A DNA stretch of 64,000 nt from Candidatus Latescibacterota bacterium (GCA_965222605.1 OZ244960.1:3296001-3360000), one strand, 5' to 3'; shown: positions 1 to 10,505, counted from the first letter of the stretch. Made by a program: numbers and translations. Notes: generated by a model not told the origin, from the sequence alone.

Positions 1-1330
1 CCAGCAACGGAGCCAGGGCAACAGAGACATGTACTGTATCGCCCGGTTCGTAGTGCAAACGATCCAATCGCAGCCCCTCGATATGCGCACTTTGTGTGTA
101 CTCCTCAACGGATAACTGAAACACAGCCGAGTCAATATTGGCTTCGACAAAGGGATTCTGAATCACTTGTGCAAGGGGTTGTGTTAAGCCCAGCACCGCC
201 AACCCGAGTCCCTGAGCACCTGCGTACTTATTTTTTATAATCATGGGTTCGCGTTTGGGCATGTGCAATGTCAATTGTCCTACAACAGTGGTTTCACCCG
301 TCAATTTCTCAGCGGAGATAACAGAGGTCGCTACAGCCATCCGCACCAGCAATGGGCCTAATTCTCTGTGGCGAAATACTTCCATATTAAACGAAGCGTC
401 GTGGTCGGAAGATACGACAGAGATACGCACGGGCATCATTTCTGCTTCGGACCCTATTACGCCAGCAATGCCCGGTGCGCGATCTTGTAAAATCACACCG
501 ATATGTCGCGATGCAGTGCCCACCTTAAACGAAAGCATCTGGCTGGAAATCACTTCGTGAATAAATGCTGCGGTCATAGCCATAGCTGTGCGACCACCAA
601 ATAACAGGGGATGCCCAAATCCCACTACCTTATCACCTACGCGATGTGTCAGCGTGCCAATACCCGTGACACTGAGATCGCCCCGAACCAATTGTACACC
701 CAAAGGCGCGCCCGGTTCAAATGCACCGACAGACAGGGATGGGTCTGTTCCACCGCCACCCTGCATGGGCAATAGGCCGTATTTTGACAATTCTTCGCGA
801 AATTCCGCGACTACTTGCGGGGCAAATCCCGAAAGCATCAACGGTATAGATACGGGTTTTAGCACACCGCCATGTACACCAGCTATTTGTCCATCCCACG
901 GCGCAGATCCAAATGTCGCGCTCGAGGACAGGGTGTCACGCGATGTGCGTTGGAGCACAGTCATCATTTCGCCAATTGGCGTGATCCCCGCAATTGGCTC
1001 TTTGGCGAATGCACCAATGCTGTAGCCGACTGCACCGACGAGTTTGCCTTCGATATATACCGGACTGCCACTCATGCCGGCGATGACGCCAGTTTGCGCC
1101 ATGGGACCGCCGGATAGCCGGGCGAGAATCATATCGCTTTTTGGACCAAAAACATTGCGTAAGACACCTAAAATTTCAACGCCAAATGTATCGATGCGGG
1201 TGCCTTGAAATACCGTGCGGCCGACGCCTTTCATGCCGCGCTGGATATCATCTACGGACATGTACAACTCGGCGCAACTCGATCCATATAGCATGCAGAT
1301 CGTAAAAAATGTCAAAAATCGAGAAAGCAT
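1..1330 (-). CDS. SpoIVB/peptidase S55 domain protein (3' end runs off window)
   Basis: Manual translation from ATG at 1330: MLSRFLTFFTICMLYGSSCAELYMSVDDIQRGMKGVGRTVFQG...GVIAGMSGSPVYIEGKLVGAV...GITPIGEM; GMSGSPV serine motif. Presumably absent from the ORF track because no stop falls inside the window. Confidence 0.85.
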   Translation of the reverse strand, partial: MLSRFLTFFTICMLYGSSCAELYMSVDDIQRGMKGVGRTVFQGTRIDTFGVEILGVLRNVFGPKSDMILARLSGGPMAQTGVIAGMSGSPVYIEGKLVGAVGYSIGAFAKEPIAGITPIGEMMTVLQRTSRDTLSSSATFGSAPWDGQIAGVHGGVLKPVSIPLMLSGFAPQVVAEFREELSKYGLLPMQGGGGTDPSLSVGAFEPGAPLGVQLVRGDLSVTGIGTLTHRVGDKVVGFGHPLLFGGRTAMAMTAAFIHEVISSQMLSFKVGTASRHIGVILQDRAPGIAGVIGSEAEMMPVRISVVSSDHDASFNMEVFRHRELGPLLVRMAVATSVISAEKLTGETTVVGQLTLHMPKREPMIIKNKYAGAQGLGLAVLGLTQPLAQVIQNPFVEANIDSAVFQLSVEEYTQSAHIEGLRLDRLHYEPGDTVHVSVALAPLL

Positions 1331-1441
1331 GCGTTCACTTCCGCGTATAATGGGTGAATAGAAAGTTTTTGCATCTTGTTATTATACCGTTTTTTGGGGC
1401 GGTGAACAAGTTTCTTGTAAAACATATCAAATCTACGTATA

Positions 1442-1921
1442 ATGGCAAATATGCAGATCACTTTGATCACTGTGGGCAAGTTCAAAGACGCCTGTTATCG
1501 AGACGCCGCACAAAATTATATCAAACGGCTGAAACACTACGTCGCTTATGATGAAATTGAAGTGCGGGAAGAGCGCGGTGGCAAAAATGCCCGTGTGTCT
1601 GATATTATCGAAAAAGAAGGCCATCGCCTTTTAAGCGCGCTGCATCCAGATGCCACAGTGGTTGCTCTTGGGCCTTCTGGCAAATTGTGTCGTTCTGAAG
1701 CCTTAGCTAAACGCTTGACAAATCTGCGCGTACAAAGAAAAAGCCGCCTCATTTTTCTCATTGGCGGCCCCTTTGGGCTTGCATCTCGAGTTTTGTCGCG
1801 TGCAGATTGGCACCTGTCTCTTTCACCTATGACCTTTCCGCACGAATTGGCGCGTGTTATCTTGCTGGAACAACTCTATCGCGCCTTCACGATTATTAGA
1901 GGTGAAAATTACCACAAATAA
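1442..1921 (+). CDS. rlmH: 23S rRNA (pseudouridine1915-N3)-methyltransferase RlmH
   Basis: ITVGK N-terminus, FLIGGPFG, LSLSPMTFPHELARVILLEQLYRA, C-terminal YHK; start may be ATG 1451. Confidence 0.95.
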   Translation: MANMQITLITVGKFKDACYRDAAQNYIKRLKHYVAYDEIEVREERGGKNARVSDIIEKEGHRLLSALHPDATVVALGPSGKLCRSEALAKRLTNLRVQRKSRLIFLIGGPFGLASRVLSRADWHLSLSPMTFPHELARVILLEQLYRAFTIIRGENYHK

Positions 1922-2204
1922 AAAGTCTGAAAACCGCTCGAAATCAGCCCGGGGGCAAACGACTCACACAGCCTGGGAGAGATGATTCCGCAGAGAATCC
2001 GGCTACGTTAAGTCAACTCGCCCCCGGGTTTTAACATGTCAAAACCAAAATGGCGTGTTTACTAATTCAAATGTATGGTAGAGAGAATAGGAACGGGGGA
2101 GTTCAGATAAGCAATTCAACACTCAGATGACTGAAGAAAATCCGATGGGGAACCGGTGTCATCTGCTTGTTTCAGGGGATCAACAAGTGCTTACCGCAAA
2201 GACG
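1920..2204 (-). ncRNA. candidate structured sRNA with multiple UCCC(C) loops
   Basis: No credible ORF; minus-strand promoter at 2238-2210; two multi-stem domains whose mismatches are G-U pairs on the minus strand. Confidence 0.55.
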
Positions 2205-2209
2205 GCATT

Positions 2210-2238
2210 AAGATAAGCCATTGTTTTTATTAAGTCAA
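2210..2238 (-). promoter_or_regulatory. sigma70-like promoter TTGACT-N17-TATCTT
   Basis: -35 at 2238-2233, -10 at 2215-2210, 17-bp spacer. Confidence 0.6.
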
Positions 2239-2405
2239 GATTACTTTTTTTTTATTTGATATGCGCCAGATATTGTGTATCTGGTCATCAGGTGCCACAG
2301 CCCAATGTGGTCCAAACACATCTTTTACAACCTGTGTGACTTCAAATCGGCCAGGTTCAGATTGTGTAGTTAATCCAATTAAACACACGTTTGTGTCTAT
2401 AGACT

Positions 2406-3698
2406 TTATCTTTCATTCATTTTTTTTCGAAATAATCGCGTGTACACGGTCGGTTCTTCAAAAATCCCTCCGCTTTGATCGTAGTAGTTCTCATCCAATA
2501 CAAATGCACCGCCTCGGGGTCGCAACCACGATGCATCCGGCATCGGAAATTCTGAGAGCATGCGGTCCCATGTTCCATAGTTTTCCGGACCATTAGATTC
2601 CATCAATCCCCCTTTCACACCCGGGAATGCGGGCAGTCGCGCAGCTACATTTTTGTTCCATTCCACCAGCACGGGCACACACGCATTATCTGCTACAAAA
2701 CACGGCACATTAGATAGTATTGCTGCTTCGATCATGCGAAAAGCCAATGACAGGGTTTTACCCGCAGGTTTGATCGCCATGGCACCATATCCCTGCTCCA
2801 AACGGGTGTTCACATCCGCAACGGTTTCAATGCTTTCATCCCCTGCAAAACGAGCAGGCAAGCCGTGTACATCGATATCTGCCGGGCGTGAGAAAGGCTC
2901 TTCAATCAGGACAATGCGATCCAGAATACCTTTGTGTTCCGCATGATCTAATAAGCGCGCCATGCTGTCTTTTTTGCCATAACGACCATTGGCATCGAGA
3001 TAATAGAGCACATGGCCCGAGTCGGTCATTTCCGTTTCGTACTGAGATGCCAGACTGTGAATCTGCGACAGACAGGCCATGTCTTTTTCAACCATTTCGG
3101 CTTCATCCCCAGGATGCCCAATTTTGATTTTTAGTATGTATGCCCCGCTATCTAAAATCGCCCGCAATTCATCAATGGGCAGGATATAACTCACCGCGGG
3201 TACAAGCGCGACATGCGATTGGCGATGAGATAAAAATGAGCGAAATTTTTCTGGAATTAAGGCATCGAATGTCGCTAATCCCATCCGCTTTGCATACAAA
3301 GTCCATGCGGCGTTGTCCAGTGCTACCAGCGCAATCAGTGCAAATGTTCGGCGCAAATCCCCATGGCCTGTGATGGCTTTGGCATAAGAAAAGGCCTCGT
3401 TTTCAACAACGTCGAATAATGCCATTGGGTCGGCAAATTCTCGCCCTTTGACATTCTGTAGTGCAAATTCCAGAAGAGACGCTTGGAGCAAATTGCCGCC
3501 CATTTCCGTATGTGCAGCAAATACCGCAGCGTCTGACCACAGCACGGCCAGACCGCCTATCCCAAAAGCCTCATATCCATCGGCATCTTTTAAACGCACG
3601 ACGAGATTCCACTTTTCGTGAAAAGCCGATCCCTTAAACGCAAAGGGTCGCGCGAATGGCTCGCGCTGAATTTCTAAATCTGTTTCGACAATTTGCAT
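2406..3698 (-). CDS. enolase superfamily enzyme (L-Ala-D/L-Glu epimerase / mandelate racemase-like)
   Basis: KIKIG (KxK), YLDANG, IEEPF, GDES metal ligands. Confidence 0.8.
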   Translation of the reverse strand: MQIVETDLEIQREPFARPFAFKGSAFHEKWNLVVRLKDADGYEAFGIGGLAVLWSDAAVFAAHTEMGGNLLQASLLEFALQNVKGREFADPMALFDVVENEAFSYAKAITGHGDLRRTFALIALVALDNAAWTLYAKRMGLATFDALIPEKFRSFLSHRQSHVALVPAVSYILPIDELRAILDSGAYILKIKIGHPGDEAEMVEKDMACLSQIHSLASQYETEMTDSGHVLYYLDANGRYGKKDSMARLLDHAEHKGILDRIVLIEEPFSRPADIDVHGLPARFAGDESIETVADVNTRLEQGYGAMAIKPAGKTLSLAFRMIEAAILSNVPCFVADNACVPVLVEWNKNVAARLPAFPGVKGGLMESNGPENYGTWDRMLSEFPMPDASWLRPRGGAFVLDENYYDQSGGIFEEPTVYTRLFRKKMNER

Positions 3699-3718
3699 AT
3701 CTTGTATCCTTTGAATCG

Positions 3719-3791
3719 GGGGACGGTCCCTGTGCCGTCCCCTACACGGACACGATCATTGGATGTAGGGGCGGTGTCCCCGTGCCCGCCC
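3719..3791. repeat. GTAG-type REP palindrome doublet
   Basis: GGGGACGGTCCCTGTGCCGTCCCCTAC and GTAGGGGCGGTGTCCCCGTGCCCGCCC; related copies at 12935 and 30940. Confidence 0.7.
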
Positions 3792-3818
3792 GTTTAATTG
3801 ACATCACGGATAATACCC

Positions 3819-4448
3819 ATGCCCAACGCGATTTGCAAGCCCTACATAGTTGGTATTGCCGGAGGCACCGGCGCGGGTAAGACTACACTTGCCCACATAC
3901 TGTTTGATCATCTCGGTGAAGACCGTGCTATAGGCATTGCCCACGATGCGTATTATCGCGACTTTGCCCATGTCCCGGCAGGCCAGCGCGCGCAAATTAA
4001 TTTTGATCATCCCGATGCACTCGAAACAGATTTGCTGGTCCAACACCTTCAGGCACTATCCCGCGGAGAAACCGTATTGATACCAGCGTATGATTTTACC
4101 ACCCATTCCCGCACTTCTGAAACCCTTGAGATATCCCCTCGGCCCGTTATTATTGTGGAAGGTATTCTCGTATTGGTCGAACAAATACTGCGCGATGTCC
4201 TGAATTTGAAAATTTTTGTGGATACTCCGCCAGATATCCGCTTGATTCGTCGCGTCAACCGCGATGTTAATGAACGCGGGCGCACTCCTGAATCCGTTAC
4301 CCATCAGTACCTCGAAACTGTGCGCCCCATGCACGATACTTATGTCGAACCGTCCCGCAAATATGCCGATCTCATCGTTTGCGGAGATCGCGATTTTGCC
4401 ATTGCCGCGGATTTGATTTTGGGACACCTATATACCATTCTTGATTGA
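3819..4448 (+). CDS. udk: uridine kinase
   Basis: GIAGGTGAGKTT, DAYYRD, NFDHPDA, IIVEGIL, RDVNERGR, EPSRKYAD. Confidence 0.93.
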   Translation: MPNAICKPYIVGIAGGTGAGKTTLAHILFDHLGEDRAIGIAHDAYYRDFAHVPAGQRAQINFDHPDALETDLLVQHLQALSRGETVLIPAYDFTTHSRTSETLEISPRPVIIVEGILVLVEQILRDVLNLKIFVDTPPDIRLIRRVNRDVNERGRTPESVTHQYLETVRPMHDTYVEPSRKYADLIVCGDRDFAIAADLILGHLYTILD

Positions 4449-4449
4449 T

Positions 4450-4480
4450 AAAAAAAGGGGAGACCTTTTAAGGTCTCCCC
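4450..4480 (-). terminator. intrinsic terminator between convergent udk and porin gene
   Basis: GGGGAGACCT/AGGTCTCCCC stem with A-run on the left (U-tail on minus strand). Confidence 0.75.
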
Positions 4481-4556
4481 CCTCGCCTGGTCGCATCTGG
4501 TCAACCACGCCACGAAGCAAACCAGAAATGCCGACCCGGATCGAGAATTGAATAAT

Positions 4557-5285
4557 TTACCGCGAAAAGCCGATGCTCACGCCCCCCCAAATAGTGCGGT
4601 TGTCGGGATTGATTTTTGTATCGGCATAAGAAAATCCAATGGTTGGCGCAATCGCAATTGAGCAAGCATTACAACTGAGAGAAGCCGTAACCGTGACATC
4701 GTTAAAACCCGTTTTATCTTCGTAATTGCTCATGGCAACACTTGCACCAATGCTCAACACTTGCCCATCTTCTGAACCGAGCGGAATGTCATAGCCAGTT
4801 GACAAAGACACATACCATGCCTCGACCAGACCAAAATCGTAATAAAATGTCACTGCAGGTGATATGGCATTATCCAGAGAAATCCCGATATAAGCTTCTT
4901 GTGAGAGATTTGAGTCTTCAGACGCACTGGGAAATACATATTGGATATACCCAATTGAAATGCCCAGGCCCATATCTTCGCTCAAGGACCTCGAATAATC
5001 GGCATAAAAGTCAAGTTCATCGACATTTTGGGTTTGTGCATCGGGATTTCTGTCATTAATGCGGTCCTGCACAAACCACGATCCCCACCCGCCTACCGTC
5101 AATCCCGTTTCACCGAATCCCACCTCAATACCCGGCTGGGCCACAATTCTGTCATCGGCCCCAATCACATAACCACGCCAAATATATCCCGTATAGCTGT
5201 CCAGAGTCACACTGACCGACATCTGAGCGTTTGCGGGGGCAGCCAGCAAAATTCCTGCAAGCAAAAAGCCACATAACTTCTTCAT
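4557..5285 (-). CDS. TorF-like outer-membrane beta-barrel protein
   Basis: Signal peptide MKKLCGFLLAGILLAAPANA after GGAGGA SD; YIWRG, QPG, ELDFYADY, terminal aromatic beta-strand; start trimmed to 5285. Confidence 0.7.
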   Translation of the reverse strand: MKKLCGFLLAGILLAAPANAQMSVSVTLDSYTGYIWRGYVIGADDRIVAQPGIEVGFGETGLTVGGWGSWFVQDRINDRNPDAQTQNVDELDFYADYSRSLSEDMGLGISIGYIQYVFPSASEDSNLSQEAYIGISLDNAISPAVTFYYDFGLVEAWYVSLSTGYDIPLGSEDGQVLSIGASVAMSNYEDKTGFNDVTVTASLSCNACSIAIAPTIGFSYADTKINPDNRTIWGGVSIGFSR

Positions 5286-5535
5286 AAGTTCCTCCTGATG
5301 AGTTTGTAATTCGTGGTGCATTATGACCTGTATGCAGAACTTCGTGGCGTACACACAGACCATATTTTGGTTTTTGAAGCCTGCGCTTTCAGTTTTCCAT
5401 TTGCTCCTTTCTATAATATATGAGAGAGATGTTTCATTGGGATTTCTTAAACATAAAAAAAAATGAAATAAAAAATAAAAATGCGCCCAATGTTTCAAAC
5501 GTGTAAACGGCACACTTTTTATTTTTTAGAAGGTA

Positions 5536-7287
5536 CTAAAAATAATAAATCAGATAAATTGCGAGAAAAATGATTGCAATAAGCACATTGCTTTGCGACA
5601 ACCACGAGCGGCCAAATAATCCTCTATTATCGTGTCGCCCTCGAACACCCGTAAGGAGCTTTCGAATCAATGCTTTTCCACTATAAAAAAAGGCATTGAC
5701 GAGTGATCCGCCTGTGCGGACAATGGCGCGAATACCTTTGGGTAAAGCGCGTCGATAAATCCAGTCGGAGTCGAGATTTACACCGGGCAATTCGGAAGGG
5801 TGCGTGCCTATCAATAGAAGTATCCCGACAATACCTCGCTTCATCCGCGTTTCCAGAGATATATCGATTTCACTCGTCAACATCAGTACCACAAATGCCA
5901 GTACCGCGAAGAAGACCAGTTGAAGTTGGAGCACGACATGGGTCGTGGTATAGGGCACGTAATCTACGGGATGCGGCAACAGGTTGTAGAGCAGCGGTGG
6001 ATAGGAGCCTATGACGATACAGAGTATGGCTGAGATCGTCATGGCGATCCGCATGTTGAGGGGTGCTTCGCGACAGCGAATCCCGGCGTCGTGCGCAAAG
6101 AATGAAAAAAATGGAATTTTGACGCCTGCGTGGTGAAGCACGCCCGCCGATGCAAATAAGAGCACCAGCCAGATTGTCACAGCACCGCTGTCGGCAACGC
6201 CCTGCATGACCATGGACTTGCTGACAAACGCGTTGAACAGGGGTATTGCGGATATGGATGCAGCGCCTATAATACAGCAGGCACAGGTCCAGGGCATGGA
6301 TTTGTAAAGGCCGCCCAGTTGCGAGGCATTGATACGCCCGGTGCGATGCAAGACAGCGCCCATGGACATGAATAGCAACCCTTTGAAGAGCACGTCATTG
6401 AAGGCATGCGATACTGCGCCGTTAATTCCCAGCGCGCCTCCGATGCCAATGCCTACGACCATAAATCCGATCTGGTTGATCATGCTGTAGCTCAACACGC
6501 GGCGCATATCGTTTTCGATAGCTGCATAGAAAATTGGAAATATAGTCATGATCGCGCCGATGTAGATGAGTAGTTCTTCTCCGGCAAATCCGCGCGCGAG
6601 GGCATAAACAGCGGCTTTGGTCGTAAATGCACTCAGAAATACCGTGCCCACGGGCGTGGATTCTGGATAGGCGTCGATCAGCCAGTTGTGGAACAGGGGA
6701 AAGGCGCATTTGATTCCAAAGGCTAAAAATATCAGGTAGTGATGTCCCTCATTTAGTCCGATGTGATCAAAAGCAAGGGATTTTGTGTTCAAATAGTAGA
6801 ACACCGCGCCGAGCAGGAGTAGCAAGCCCGACGAGATGTGCATGACCAGATAGCGCATTCCTGACCGCAGTACACGCTCACCACCGCGCGCCCACACGAG
6901 GAATACCGATGTAATTGCCAGCAATTCCCAGAAGATGAATAGTGTGATCAGGTCACCGGCAAATACCGCCCCAACCGCCGATCCCGCATAGATCAATGCC
7001 GTGCCGATCTGCAACCGGTCTTTGAGATGTAGCGCGTAAATTGCGCCGATAAAAGCCGCCAGATGGAACAGGTATCCAAATAGCATACTCAAGCGGTCCG
7101 CACGCAGTACGGTCAGTTCGTAGCCGCCCCAGGTGATGTGCCACAGGGTGCCATCGGCAATGGTCAGCAGGTTTAAAAATCCGAGCACGGGCAAGCATAC
7201 CGACACGATGCGGCGCGGTGTGGTTGGCAATGCAAATAACAACAGTCCGCCCGCCAGCAGGATCAGTGCGGGATGAACCTCACTCAT
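5536..7287 (-). CDS. mrpD: Mrp/Mnh Na+/H+ antiporter subunit D-like (third copy)
   Basis: FIFWELLA, HNWLIDAYP, LSYSMINQIG, FKGLLFM; NuoL/M/N-type transporter fold. Confidence 0.85.
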   Translation of the reverse strand: MSEVHPALILLAGGLLLFALPTTPRRIVSVCLPVLGFLNLLTIADGTLWHITWGGYELTVLRADRLSMLFGYLFHLAAFIGAIYALHLKDRLQIGTALIYAGSAVGAVFAGDLITLFIFWELLAITSVFLVWARGGERVLRSGMRYLVMHISSGLLLLLGAVFYYLNTKSLAFDHIGLNEGHHYLIFLAFGIKCAFPLFHNWLIDAYPESTPVGTVFLSAFTTKAAVYALARGFAGEELLIYIGAIMTIFPIFYAAIENDMRRVLSYSMINQIGFMVVGIGIGGALGINGAVSHAFNDVLFKGLLFMSMGAVLHRTGRINASQLGGLYKSMPWTCACCIIGAASISAIPLFNAFVSKSMVMQGVADSGAVTIWLVLLFASAGVLHHAGVKIPFFSFFAHDAGIRCREAPLNMRIAMTISAILCIVIGSYPPLLYNLLPHPVDYVPYTTTHVVLQLQLVFFAVLAFVVLMLTSEIDISLETRMKRGIVGILLLIGTHPSELPGVNLDSDWIYRRALPKGIRAIVRTGGSLVNAFFYSGKALIRKLLTGVRGRHDNRGLFGRSWLSQSNVLIAIIFLAIYLIYYF

Positions 7288-7564
7288 CGTAATAGTCCTC
7301 CGACCGCAGCAGCTTTTTTCTTAAGAGTATGGAGCCCCAGACGATTAATAAATAAGCGACAAATCCGTAAATGGCGTAAAATCCAAATCGGCCTTCAATT
7401 GGCAACTCGCCTTCGGCAAAAGTCAAGTGCCGATGCACGATGAGGTCGGTCAGGATCAACAACGCACACCATACCAAAAAGCCCAGGATCAACCAGCGCA
7501 CGGCCCCGAGATGGGCCAAAAAGCCCCGATGTTCATTCTGTTTTGGGGATTCGGGATGGTTCAT
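7280..7564 (-). CDS. small 2-TM membrane protein within mrp operon
   Basis: ATGA overlap with upstream gene; GFYAIYGF, C-terminal RSEDYYDE. Confidence 0.75.
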   Translation of the reverse strand: MNHPESPKQNEHRGFLAHLGAVRWLILGFLVWCALLILTDLIVHRHLTFAEGELPIEGRFGFYAIYGFVAYLLIVWGSILLRKKLLRSEDYYDE

Positions 7565-9030
7565 GGCATGGCCCCTCCGATCATAAGCAACAGGTTCAGG
7601 ACAGGGTCGGGATAGATATAGAGCACCAGACAGCCGCCCGCTGTAAATAATAAGGGAAGTACACACGCAAGAGGTGCTTCGTGCAGACCCTCTGCATGAT
7701 GGTCATTTGTTGCGGTGGCAAAAAATGCATAAATGGGAATTGGCAATAAATAGAGTACATTGAGCAGTGAACTCATCAGCAATACCCCTGCCGCTACATA
7801 TTGATGGGCTTCAATCGTAGCCAGGACCAGATACCACTTGCTCCACGCACCCGCAAAAGGCGGAATTCCGATAATGCTCAGAGAGCCGATCAGAAAGGCG
7901 AACATCGTAAAGGGCATCTGCCGTCCGATGCCTTTCATGTCGCTGATTTCCGTTTTGTGCAAAGCTACCAGGATGGCACCTGCACAGAAGAACAGGGTGA
8001 TTTTGCCAAAGGCATGCGTTACAATGTGCATACTGCCGCCCAGCACACCCAGGTCATTTGCAAGCGACGCCCCCAGCACGATGTAGGATAACTGGCTGAT
8101 TGTGGAATACGCCAGTCGCGCTTTTAAATTGTCCTTTGTCATCGCCACCAGCGATGCCACCAGAATGGTGAAGCCAGCGATATAGGTCAGCCATTCGCTA
8201 AGACCCGCATCCGAAAGCAGATCTGTGCCAAAGAGGTAGATCACCACTTTCATTATTGTGAATACGCCGGCTTTTACTACGGCCACGGCATGCAGTAATG
8301 CACTGACAGGTGTAGGCGCAACCATTGCCGCGGGCAACCATCTGTGGAATGGCATTAACGCTGCTTTCCCGGTTCCAAAGGCATAGAGACCGAGCAGGAC
8401 GATTACAATACCTTCGCTCGCTTTGCCGGTTAGAATACCTCCCGGCGCAAATTCCAGCGTGCCGGTCAATTGCCAGGTCCACACCATGCCCAGCAACAAA
8501 AAGCCCACCGATGTACTCATCAAAATGCCCATGTAGATCCGCCCGGCGCGCATGGCTTCTTCGGTGCGGTGGTGCGTTACAAGCGGATATGTCGATAGGG
8601 TCAATATCTCGTAAAATATAAACAGGGTGAACATATTGCGGGCAAAAGCCACGCCCAGAGCAGCCGAGATTGCAAATGCAAAGAATACAAAAAACCTGGT
8701 CTGGTTTTCTTCGTGATGTCCGCGCATGTACCCGATGGCATAGACTGTGGTGACAATCCACAAGCCCGACGCGATCAGGGCAAATATCATGCCCAATGGC
8801 TCTACCTGAAATGCCAGTGCCAGGCCCGGCATCACGTCTATGACATGCGCGGCGGGCTGTGCGCCGTCCATCACCGAGGGCAAAAGTGAAATTACAGTGC
8901 CAAAGGTCAATACAGCCGTAATCAACGTGATTGTTTCACGCACATTGGGGCTGCGCGAGGTCAGTGCAATAAAGGGCATGCCCAAAAGCGGTAACGCGAT
9001 GGATACGAGTATGGCGGTTGATCCACTCAC
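7561..9030 (-). CDS. mrpD: Mrp/Mnh antiporter subunit D (second copy)
   Basis: FIFYEILT, HRWLPAAMVAPTPVSALLHAVAVVKAG, LAYSTISQL. Confidence 0.9.
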   Translation of the reverse strand: MSGSTAILVSIALPLLGMPFIALTSRSPNVRETITLITAVLTFGTVISLLPSVMDGAQPAAHVIDVMPGLALAFQVEPLGMIFALIASGLWIVTTVYAIGYMRGHHEENQTRFFVFFAFAISAALGVAFARNMFTLFIFYEILTLSTYPLVTHHRTEEAMRAGRIYMGILMSTSVGFLLLGMVWTWQLTGTLEFAPGGILTGKASEGIVIVLLGLYAFGTGKAALMPFHRWLPAAMVAPTPVSALLHAVAVVKAGVFTIMKVVIYLFGTDLLSDAGLSEWLTYIAGFTILVASLVAMTKDNLKARLAYSTISQLSYIVLGASLANDLGVLGGSMHIVTHAFGKITLFFCAGAILVALHKTEISDMKGIGRQMPFTMFAFLIGSLSIIGIPPFAGAWSKWYLVLATIEAHQYVAAGVLLMSSLLNVLYLLPIPIYAFFATATNDHHAEGLHEAPLACVLPLLFTAGGCLVLYIYPDPVLNLLLMIGGAMP

Positions 9031-10505
9031 GGCGTTACCCCCAGCAATAATTCAGCAGCGCGTTGTGCCACGCTGACGGTTAAGTCCGTTTGAATACCAA
9101 AATACAATGTCGCTCCCGTCAAAATCCACATGGAGATCTGCATCATCAATGGTGCTTCTTTCACATTGGAATCATCATTGGCTTTCTGAAAATAGGCCAC
9201 TTCAACGACGCGCCACACATAAATCACGGCGAGTAGAGAACTGAGTAAGGCCAGTAGTGCTACGGGCCACCATCCCGCTTCCAGTGCGGCCAGAATTAAA
9301 TACCACTTGCTGATAAAGCCCACGGTTAAAGGTACGCCTATCAAGCTTAGACCCGCGAGTACAAAAGCCGCCATTGTTACGGGCATGCGTCGCCCCAATC
9401 CTTTCCAGTCGGCAAGGTCAGATGACCCGAGGCGCAATACCGCGCCGCCTACGGCCAAAAACAGGGCGGCTTTCATCAAGGCGTGATTAAACAGGTGAAT
9501 AATTCCACCCGTCAATCCCGTGACGGAAACAAAGCCTATGCCCAGCATCATATACCCGATTTGCGCCACGCTGGAATAAGCCAATAACCGCTTTACATTG
9601 GTCTGGTAAATGGCGGATAGGGATGCCACGTAAATCCCGATGAGGGCAAGTGGAATCAAAAAGACATCGAGGTTGAGTTTTTCAAACACAAACTCGGCAC
9701 CCCATACGGTAAATGTGAATCTAAGGAATACGTAGATGGATACTTTTGTCGCTGTTGCAGCCAAAAAAGCCGTGACTAAAGAAGGCGCGTAACAATAGGC
9801 ATTGGGCAACCACATGTGCAGCGGGAACATCGCCAACTTGATCAACATGCCCACGGTCAAGAAGGCGAACGCGACCATTGCCGTGCGGGTTTCAAACATC
9901 GCGGGCAAGCGTTCGGATAGATCAAACATATTTAGCGTGCCCGTCATCATGTACATCAGTCCGATGCCAATGACAATAAACGTGGCGCCCAATGTGCCCA
10001 TGATCAGATATTGATAAGATGCTGTTAGTGCGCGCCGGTCGCGTCCCATGGCAATCAGGGTATAGGACGATAGCGATGAAATTTCCAAAAATACAAAAAC
10101 ATTAAACGCATCGCCTGTGATCGCAATGCCCATCAATCCGGTAAAGCAGAGCAAATAAGCTGTATAAAACAAATAATGCTGCTTACCGGGAATTTCATCA
10201 GCCACGCTTGGCAGTGCAAAAAACATCAGCACGGCGGCGATGATCGAAACCAGTAGCAGCACAAAAGCATTGATTGTATCAACGCGGTATTCAATGCCCC
10301 AGGGCGCAATCCATCCGCCTATTGCATAAGAGATGACGCCTTCTTCCAGCACGCGGATGAGCAGCATAGATGCCATGCCCAAAGAGGCGACACACACGAG
10401 AGATGCAAAAGCCCAAACCAGCGTTTTTTGTCGCAATAACACACATAAAGGGGCAGACACAAGGGGTACAACGATCAACAATATGGGCAGGTGCGCATCA
10501 ATCAT
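9027..10505 (-). CDS. mrpD: Mrp/Mnh antiporter subunit D (first copy)
   Basis: DAFNVFVFLEISS, PLHMWLPNAY, KRLLAYSSVAQIG. Confidence 0.92.
   Translation of the reverse strand: MIDAHLPILLIVVPLVSAPLCVLLRQKTLVWAFASLVCVASLGMASMLLIRVLEEGVISYAIGGWIAPWGIEYRVDTINAFVLLLVSIIAAVLMFFALPSVADEIPGKQHYLFYTAYLLCFTGLMGIAITGDAFNVFVFLEISSLSSYTLIAMGRDRRALTASYQYLIMGTLGATFIVIGIGLMYMMTGTLNMFDLSERLPAMFETRTAMVAFAFLTVGMLIKLAMFPLHMWLPNAYCYAPSLVTAFLAATATKVSIYVFLRFTFTVWGAEFVFEKLNLDVFLIPLALIGIYVASLSAIYQTNVKRLLAYSSVAQIGYMMLGIGFVSVTGLTGGIIHLFNHALMKAALFLAVGGAVLRLGSSDLADWKGLGRRMPVTMAAFVLAGLSLIGVPLTVGFISKWYLILAALEAGWWPVALLALLSSLLAVIYVWRVVEVAYFQKANDDSNVKEAPLMMQISMWILTGATLYFGIQTDLTVSVAQRAAELLLGVTP

Noticed and set aside
243-1117. 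Plus-strand ORFs 243-560, 588-1025 and 872-1117
   Set aside because: Antisense shadows of the minus-strand SpoIVB-like gene
1975-2020. Resemblance of GCAGAGAATCCGGCTAC to the RNase P RNA 3' end
   Set aside because: No GAGGAAAGTCC 5' motif, too little room, and G-U pairs favour the opposite strand
4488-4540. Extra stem-loop between the porin stop and its terminator
   Set aside because: Imperfect, no promoter, no recognisable family; may be ordinary 3' UTR structure
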